A stretch of 61,231 bases of DNA, the filler included, from Dugesia japonica (taxonomy: Eukaryota), in the NCBI GenBank assembly GCA_001938525.1. It is 5 parts of 5 records of this genome, joined end to end, with 100 filler letters (N's around TTAATTAATTAA, not from the genome) between each part and the next. Parts side by side here need not be neighbours in the genome. Positions count along the whole stretch, not along the records: positions 51,508 to 61,231 come from MQRL01624021.1; 4 more parts are not named here. One strand, given 5' to 3'. The notes under the pieces are model-generated. The model was not told the origin of the DNA, did not search any database, and was given only the letters and a program-made list of their open reading frames with translations. The position numbers were made by a program, and so were the translations under genes. Below are positions 52,906 through 61,231 of this stretch, one piece after another (the first letter of the stretch is position 1; every line of letters starts with the position of its first letter).

Positions 52906-53819
52906 ACTCATTTGTCAATATTTATTTATAAATAATCAGTATTCAATGTATCAATATTAAAGTGACCGATTTAATTTGAATAATAACTAACATGTCAGTA
53001 TAATAACTAAAAGATCGGCATATAATATAATGTCAGTATTAAAATAGCAATGGGTCAGCATGTAATAAAAGACATCAGTGTTTTGATATAAAAAATCTCA
53101 AATGTTTATGTATGGTTATTTTATGTAGTAAATGTTTTAATTTTAATAATTTTTAAATTACTATTTTGATTATTATTTTATGTTTAGTATTTATTTTATT
53201 TGGGAAATAAAATTTAAAACGTAAATTATTATTATTCTGATCATAAACGTAATATGGNNNNGGAAACTGCTTTTTAACCAGCAAGCAAAAGGAAAAGTCA
53301 ACAAACTTGGATTGAAATGAGCACATTATAAAAAACGTCAACAATGACAACCCACAATTTTCAATGCTGCACTTTTAATAGATCAAGTATTTTGTATTTC
53401 AACGTGTAAGTTGGCATATTTCTGTATTTGATTAATAAAATCTTTTTAATTTTTGTAATTTGCTTTTTTCTTTAACAAAAATCAGCTTAACACTACTGTT
53501 AATAAAGAAAGAAAATTAAATACAGAATTGGAAAGATTTTAATATATTTTGTATGTATCTTCAGATTCTTTGCAACAAATTCTCAAGCGAAAAATAATCA
53601 TACTGACATGTCAATCTTTTCACTANCCATATATGAAATACAATACTGATTAGTTTTTTAAGTTATATTGAAAGCAATTTAAAATTATACGTACATATTT
53701 GAAATTTTCTACTGACATTTTAATATTTTTTGATGATCAGATTTTAAATAAAATACTGACAATTTCGATATAAAAATACAGAGAGTTTAGTAAATATATC
53801 TTAATAATAATATGTTCTC

Positions 53820-54045
53820 TACGCAATTTCAATCCCAAAATTCTTTGGAAATATATTCCAGCCATAATATCTGGAAAAACGTTTTCTACAACTACAAATT
53901 CTATCTTCTTTACTATTTCTCCCAGTTGAACTTCTACCATAACTCTACCTTTAGTTACCAAACCACTTCCATTAGCACATCGTAATCTGTCATCTGATAC
54001 TTTTAAACAAATTCGCGACCAACTACTGAAACATTTTTCATTCAT
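53820..54045 (-). mobile_element. Retrotransposon aspartic-protease-like fragment
   Basis: LRCANGSGLVTKGRVMVEVQLG..IEFVVVENVFPDIMAGIYFQ, typical of the second half of a Gypsy retropepsin. Confidence 0.7.
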
Positions 54046-54270
54046 AACATTAATGCAAGCTCCTTGAATTTAGGGTTCTCGTTAAACATGTTTTCTGTAC
54101 CATGACAAGATGCATTATCCACCAATAACAAAGCCTTGATTGGGAGACTTTTATTGTAAATGAAGAGTAACTTAAAGGATAAAGATCTCATTGTACTAGG
54201 TTTTAAAATTGGAACTCGTTTGCCAAGCATTTTTTGATGNAGCCCGCTTGTGAAATATTTTGGAATTTTT
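54046..54270 (-). mobile_element. pogo/Tigger-type DDE transposase fragment
   Basis: LPIKALLLVDNASCHG motif. Confidence 0.65.
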
Positions 54271-55099
54271 GAATATTTAATTGCTTTTTTCCAGTAGTTC
54301 TAACTAAAATTTAACCAATACCGTTCTGTTTGTCATATCATTGCACATATAATAATATCAATTTTATTGTAAAAAAACATAGTTTTAAATGAACTTTGAC
54401 CAATTTAATTGATAAATACCTTTGGCTGCCATTTTGATTGGTAAGGAAGCATTTTTCGATAAAAGTTTATGAGTCAATCCTGACTTACTTTTCAATATTT
54501 TATGTAAATCCGAAAACCTAATTTCTATGCCGCATTGTCGGTAGAGATGGGTACTATTTACCTACTATATAAACTCTGTAAAAATAAGTAGAGAAATTAA
54601 TAATGAAGCTCCGTTAATACCAACTCTTTCTAGTACTTTAAAAGTATAGTTATTTCTCTTCTAATGCGGTATGTATTTAATGCGTCATAGAAGACGGACC
54701 TAGAACACCGTGTAACGCACTGTTTATACAGAATTAACTTAAATAAGCTTTATTTATAATTATTTCCAAATTTGACATTTTGACATTTACAAGGGATAAC
54801 TGTATATATAAAATATTTATTAAATGATGAAAACATTGCATACCTCATTTTAGTAGATTATATTAAAAAAAATTTGAAAAAAATAAATTTGAAAATAATA
54901 AAAGTAAATTTATTTTCCAAATATAAATATATTATAACAACCACAATAGTAACATAACATTTAAATTTGAAAATTGAATAAAAATGTGATGATACAGGAG
55001 TTTTCACTTCTTAAACAAATCTATTTTATCATGAAGAATATAAAGAGATGTCTGAATTAAAAAGTCACTATATATTGCGTACAGATATAGATACATTTA

Positions 55100-55630
55100 T
55101 GTAGAAATAAAACATTTCCAATATTTTAAAAAAAGTGGTCTTGTAATGGTTGACAATTTGTCTCTTATTTTGACAATAATTCTTATGAACTTTATTGAAA
55201 GTCTAATAATTCTTAAAGCAAAGAAGAAAATATTTCTATTTTTTAGATACACCGACGATATTTTCTTTGTTACTAATTCTCTTTTAGAGAATATTTTGGA
55301 ATTAGTCACAAGTATTAATGATAAAATCAAATTCAATTTAGAGAAGTCAATTGACTTTCAGATTCTTTTTTATGGACCCCTTAATATAAACGAAACCTGA
55401 TGAAATATACACTACCCAGTTATATATGAAACCATTTCAAAATTGACATATATAACACTGGAGTAGTAATACTATACTCAGATAGAAAATTAGAATAAGT
55501 GAAAGAATAAGAGAGAAAAGACTATCTTCAAATGAAGAAATGAAATTGNCTTGTCTCGGGTTGATAAAAAATAAATTCTTAAATAATGACTATCCAAATA
55601 AAATGATAACGAAATATTTATCTTTGACTA
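55100..55630 (+). mobile_element. Penelope-like element reverse transcriptase remnant
   Basis: MVDNLSLILTIILMNFIE..FFRYTDDIF..SINDKIKFNLE and downstream LNNDYPNKMI, a PLE-type RT/thumb pattern. Confidence 0.7.
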
Positions 55631-55638
55631 AACAAATA

Positions 55639-55886
55639 TCACTGCTTTAGGAACTCTATTTTTCTTTGCAAAATTTGTTTGGTTTCAGCTTCCAGGGCCT
55701 TAGTTTCGATTGCTAAATCACCCTGTTTCTTTATTATGTGGTCGAGTTTTTTAATTAGCCTATCCCGTTGATTTAGGTGCCTTAGTAGAGCTTTATCTGT
55801 CTTCCGTTTTAAATGTCGCTCTACCAACAGGCGGCGCATTATACAGTTATATCGACGGAGGTAATTGGGAAAGTGGATGTGAGGCA
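55639..55886 (-). CDS. Basic coiled-coil small protein (family A cargo)
   Basis: Open frame PHIHFPNYLRR...QILQRKIEFLKQ following a TTTTATTTTTCAG acceptor-like site. Confidence 0.6.
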
Positions 55887-56018
55887 CTGAAAAATAAAAT
55901 AAGTTTAATATACAAGCGTTCGACCACAAAACTCAAGCAAAAATTAAGGCAATAATGGAATCCGTAAAGAAAAATTGAACAATAAGTTTATTAACAAAGA
56001 AAAATCATTTCTATATGT

Positions 56019-56377
56019 CTAGTTGCAAGGGGTCTGGGTGCCCTTCTCGATCATCAGCGGCTCGAGAGGGATTTTCTCCCGGAGAAGTAAAATGTCACTA
56101 ACCAGTTTATTTTCTCGGTCGTGGCTGGACCGAATCATCTCCGAGAAAGACTCTACTTGTCTTTTCCAAATGCACTCCTGGGAATGGGAGGCTTCTGCTT
56201 CCTTTTTAAAGAGGGTGCATTTTTTCTTATAGCGTAGGACATTACTGTTGGCTGTGGCTACCTCAGCTTCCCATCGTCGTTTGGCTAACCGATACAAGTC
56301 CTAAGTGCGTTCGAGGTCCTTACTGGTATCTCGGATTTTCTTCGTGGGGGCTGGAGGGCGATTGAACGAGTAATGCA
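56019..56377 (-). CDS. Coiled-coil small protein (family A cargo; one internal TAG)
   Basis: HYSFNRPPAPTKKIRDTSKDLERT*DLYRLAKRR... following CTTTTCTTTTTAG. Homologous to 13788-14135. Confidence 0.6.
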
Positions 56378-56618
56378 CTAAAAAGAAAAGACATATACAT
56401 ATTATCGAAAAATAGCACTCATAACTTTATGTTCTACAAGATGCAGCAGTTACGAGTCCAATCATTAAGTTTTAGACCATCTAAATTGATTAAAAAACCT
56501 AGAAAAACACCTAGAATTGGAAGCAAATCAAATCTCTTAAAAATTATCCAAGACATTGAACATATATTTTAGACGAGGACAACCACATAATTTTATTGTA
56601 CATTATATATATGAATCA

Positions 56619-56972
56619 CTAAGGAGAAGTTGATGAATCTGGCGCTGGTGCGGCTTTTTCCGAGTCTTTGCTACCCGAGGGTTCTCTTATTCCCCACAGC
56701 AGGTTGGTGATATAGGCCTGTACCGCGGGAGCTGAGGGTGCTTTTTTAGGCTGGTATTGGAATGGTGTTGCAAGGGTGCAAAGAGGGCCAAACCAGACTT
56801 GGTATCGTTGACGCTCGCCAAAGATTCTTATGCGTTCAACGATGGATTCTACCGGCGGCAAATTCAATCTGTCGGCCAAAATGCCCACGTCCTGATTGTG
56901 CGGGTTGTGATGTCGTTGGAAGATAATTCGATGGGTCCTCCTATCTATCACCTTTTCCCAGATCGATTCCAT
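56619..56972 (-). CDS. Intact 117-aa orphan protein (family A cargo)
   Basis: ATG-to-stop, GC-rich against its flanks, with a diverged homolog at 2-307. Confidence 0.75.
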   Translation of the reverse strand: MESIWEKVIDRRTHRIIFQRHHNPHNQDVGILADRLNLPPVESIVERIRIFGERQRYQVWFGPLCTLATPFQYQPKKAPSAPAVQAYITNLLWGIREPSGSKDSEKAAPAPDSSTSP

Positions 56973-59256
56973 TCTATAAGTAATAGAAAGTCTATTTAAA
57001 TTAATTTATCAATTAATAGTAAATAGAAAGAAACAACAAATAGAATTAGTCAAAGTATTAATTTATTTCAGACAAATAACCAATATGAATGATATGTTTT
57101 GCTACTTTAATTCATAGGCGACAATGATTAAGATGCGAATATTAGTCATATGGAATTTACTGGGTAACAGCAACACTAAAACTTTTCACTCTAACTGGAT
57201 AAACAATGATAATTAACGATGAGTGTGTCTATCTGATATTTTACTGCCAAAACTCCTCAGTTCCAGACTAGTGGTAGATGCGTTGAAGTTACTTTTCTCG
57301 ATTGCTGCGTCACAAATAACATTCCTACGATATTAACAAAAGTTTCCGGTGATAATATAGCATAAATTGGGGACACTATGTCGTTGTATTAGTCAATTTA
57401 ATAAATGAAAAGATTATTCGTGGATATTTTCTCGTTCACTGGAATTAATGCGTTCACCTATTCATGTCGTTTTGGAATTATATAATCTATGGTTGGAAAA
57501 CAGTGAGCTATCTATTGAAAAATAAATAAAAATAATTGTGAATTCTTTATTGTAATTTATCTATTAATTTGTTTTTTCTTTTACTGTAAAATAATTTATT
57601 TTGTTTCTAAATAACATTTATTGTCATAACAGATACAAACATTATAGTATAAAGTATATATAAAATTTACATTTTTAATCGAAAAACTTGTTTCTGCAAC
57701 GGGTAAATATTGGGAACCTGCAATTAAATAATTTGATAGGTGATCTCTTCTTCGTTTTATCTTGATGAATTAATCGTTTTTCCGTCCGGTCGACACTATG
57801 ATTTCTCTTTACAGTGTCAGTGATAGCGGTTGAACCAAATGATTTTTGCTTGAGTTAATAGTGGCTGTTTATAGTGGTGGTTTTTAAGAAACTTGAATTA
57901 ATATCCTTCCAAAATAGTTTGTAATAATACACAGTAGTGCTAACTTAGCTAAATTGGAATTTTTCTTGTTGTTTTTCTGCTAAAGTCAGGGGCCCATTTA
58001 TAGGATTTTCTCATGCACCCCGGCATCATTTCTATTGGTTTTTTATTTTTAGTTTGAAATCACGGATTTTCATTGGCGTTGGTGCAACTTTTCTGGAATT
58101 CCGTGGACTTTTCTGTGATTCCGTTGGCAGTTACTTTGGGATTGTCAGGTGAGCTTTTGTTCTTTGTTATATTTTTATTTTAAATCTCCTATTGGTCCAA
58201 TCTTGGGGACCCTGCAGCAACCCTCTGGAAGGTGGTAAGTTTTTCTTTGTAGTAATTTCAACTGCATCTTGATATTTTCTTTCCGTATTTTCTTATCCTG
58301 CTTCTTTCTGATTTTCCTGAGTGAAGATATTCGGATAAAACGAATTTTTTGTTAATTTCACTTCTTTTTTTATTTAAAATAAATTAATATTTTTCTTCTG
58401 TTAATTGATTATTTTCATACCGATTTTCTTGGTTTTATTATTATTTAATAATTCTTCTTAATTCCGCTACCGATATAGTTTGTTTTATGACACTTAAATC
58501 GTTGAACCCACCTTCGATGGTAGTTTAGTCCTCTTTACAGATTATTTCCGTTACAATCTTTCCAAATTATAATTGCTTTCTTCTTTTGAATTCTATTACA
58601 AGTAAATTTACAGGTTCTACCATTCTTCTTTGCCGATTTTGAATTTTTGGTCTTATTACCTTTCTTCACGGGTGTTTCACCCCAACACAATAATTAATTT
58701 TTTTACAATAATTAAAATGTTTAAAAAATTAGTAAAAAATTAGAGTTTTAATATTGTAATATTTTAATGTTAATAAAATACATATTTTAAATATTTGAAT
58801 ACTTTATTGTATTAATTGTTTTTTTTTTAAAAATTTGAGAAATTTCAATTCAATTTAATAAAAAGGTTTTTTAAGATTTAATTTTAATACAAAAAAATTA
58901 TAATTTAACTAGACCAATAAAATCTTTTTGTAGCAAAAATCTATTGTCGTTTTGAATTTATCAAAAAGTCATCATTCCTGAAAAATACAAGTGTTGAAAA
59001 TTTGAATTTCTTTAAAAATACATTTTATTTTGATCGAATCTTTTTCTTTATTTTATTGAAATTTTTGAGGTTCAATTTTACTTTTCTTTTCCGATCAACT
59101 TTCATTGAATAATCATTATTGTTGTATGAATCTATGAACATACTTAAGCCCTGCAAGTATTTGTAAATTCTCTGTGACATGCCTCAATTTTATGTTTATT
59201 CTTAGATGCCATACATAACCGAAAAAATAACTTAACAATAGTATTACTAAATTTCA

Positions 59257-59463
59257 TTAACCATCCAAGTCTACTGTATTTTCCTTGTTATTGGGTTCCT
59301 CTTTCGGCGGTAGGTAAGTCAACCACACAGTTTGAAGAGGGACGACGAGGGGTGATTCCCGTTCAGCGTAGATTTTTATAATATCAGCTGACTCGGTTGG
59401 CTTGCTGTAACGCCACTGTCTTTCCTTCAATTCCAGTAGTATACTTTCATATTTTGTATACAA
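59257..59463 (-). CDS. Small hypothetical ORF, probably an element-derived remnant
   Basis: Protein-like composition in a GC-richer island; TTG start only. Confidence 0.3.
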   Translation of the reverse strand: MYTKYESILLELKERQWRYSKPTESADIIKIYAERESPLVVPLQTVWLTYLPPKEEPNNKENTVDLDG

Positions 59464-60289
59464 TCTTTTTAATCTTATTATTTTGTTTCACAGTTCCCCT
59501 ATTCTCATCTTTCCATCGCTTTGTATTGANAACACATTTTTTTGGCACCTGCTCGTCGTTTTATTGATTCACTAAATTATTTGTTAAAGGATTATGATTG
59601 TGAAAATAGTATTTAATTAAAGAAAGACTTTAAATATGTAAATTTCGTTTTAAAAATTGAAAATTAAAAGTCTCGAATATAATTTTAATTTATTATAATT
59701 TATTTGAACAAAACAAATCTCCGCCCTATAGGTTACTGGTTTATAATTCATTTTGAACATCAGTAATCAACATTTTTAGATATAGAGGTCAATTTCCCAT
59801 GATTCCCGTTAATTGGCAAATTTATTCATCCTATTAACTTTCAACAATCGACCTGTTACACCCTGCTTCTACAGTTTAGACGCAACACTTCCAAAATAAA
59901 AATTATTGTGACATACATATCACAGAAAATTTTCTATTACAACAACATTAATAAATTCATTTATACAAAACTGATTTGTCAGATATTGTCAATCAGACCC
60001 ATCAATTCTGTCATCAATGAAGCCTCTTCCATTCATTCATCTTGTTTAAACAGTTGTTATATGAGTTCTTGAACAATGGCGTTTTCTGTATCAGTCATTG
60101 GTAGTTGTTCCGCAACTTTATGCAAAAAGGCACTACATATTTTAATATGCCCTATCTCGTTGGCTGAATGCTGATTGCCTGAAGTTTTCTTTTGCAATAA
60201 GTTGCCGCTACATTAATTCCATCTCAGATCTTAATTCTCTCAGTGTCTGTTTAGATTGAGCTCTCGCATTTTCCATCATCTCTTGGACC

Positions 60290-61231
60290 TCTGTTTACTC
60301 AATGTAATAAAAACCATTGGAGTCGATGTATGGTCACATATAATGTTTTATTTTAATCCTTCTATAGTCACGGTTCAAGTGGTCCATCTGCCAGCAACAA
60401 TCTTAATTAAACGTTAATTACTAAATATAAATTTAATTTTCAATTCAGTTATTATAATGAATTTTTGGCATGTTACCTTATATTTTGTGTTCCTCTACTC
60501 CTGAAGTAGTGCCCAGGGAAGATATCCGCTATTAACTGTTATCTTTCTTCATCCATGATTTACCGGAGCATTAGCAAAATTTCCTTAATATTTTCAACCA
60601 GACAATATTTATTTAATACATATTAATGTGAACATAATTATGCCTTAAGATCATTATTTAATCGTTCAAACGTTAGCTTTGACTTAATTCGACATTTCAA
60701 TTCTAGTATTAACTCCAACGACCTCTTTAATAATAAACTAAACGTAATCAAGGATTTTCGAAAAACTATTCATTTTAACATTCTATTACTGTAAAATTAT
60801 TATTACATCCACATTTGAGACTAGTGATATAAAATTTAATATTCATTTAAAGTTGACAATACCCAAAACTACTAAACCACAGTGGGAGAATTAAGTGAAC
60901 TAAGAGGAAAATGTATTAAGCATTGAGGTTTATGACCAAGTTCCCATGTCAACAAATGCGAGTAATTTCTCTTTTAGACTCTCCACGTCTTCTTTGCAAC
61001 TTTTGACTGCTATCTTGGCAACGATGTTTTTGACTCATAATTTCAGTCGTTAATTCGATGGTGATAATTTTATGTTTCTTACACTTCTCGAGCATCCCAT
61101 CGGCGGTGATAATTTCGACATTTTTCATAATTTTCGATCATCGAATTAGTTGTAATCACTTTTCCCTATTCATCGTATCTCATTACTCAATTAACTGACA
61201 CTTTTTACATATTTTCGGGCAATATATATAT
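60290..61231 (-). mobile_element. Family B partial copy
   Basis: 60490-60590 similar to 38155-38255; 60931 TATGACCAAGTTC as at 38599. Confidence 0.55.

Larger units (their letters stand above)
55639..58687 (-). mobile_element. Family A LTR-like element, long form (copy 3, best preserved cargo)
   Basis: TGTTGGGGTGAAACACCC at 58687; CCAAT boxes 58035-58195; TATAAAT near 58000; three consecutive same-strand small ORFs. Confidence 0.75.

Noticed and set aside
52664-52918. 84-aa ORF with internal repeat
   Set aside because: Product of a ~114-bp tandem DNA duplication; no coding evidence.
55000-55640. Hammerhead ribozyme expected near Penelope-like RT or in the LTR families
   Set aside because: No CTGATGA...GAAA core with flanking stems found by eye on either strand.

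Overview
Very AT-rich, repeat-dominated animal DNA. A fused EPRS gene suggests a non-nematode metazoan; the species cannot be determined. The window is not contiguous: four artificial 100-bp spacers (N44-TTAATTAATTAA-N44) join five separate scaffolds (1-23484, 23585-32657, 32758-42425, 42526-51407, 51508-61231), so linkage across spacers means nothing. The one clear intact host gene is a bifunctional glutamyl-prolyl-tRNA synthetase (EPRS) whose WHEP linker is replaced by a 10-aa tandem repeat. The rest is mostly decayed mobile DNA: three Ty3/Gypsy pol remnants, mariner, pogo, Penelope-like RT and Maverick/Polinton-type PolB fragments, a foldback-like element, minisatellites, a 5S-derived repeat and a decayed intronless TBP-like gene. 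The best candidate for something undescribed is an LTR-like family ('family A', 5' terminus TGTTGGGGTGAAA, five copies). Its long (>=3 kb) forms carry strings of small, partly homologous orphan or coiled-coil ORFs downstream of the promoter. Most of these ORFs sit behind their own splice-acceptor-like site. All alignments were done by eye, with no database searches.
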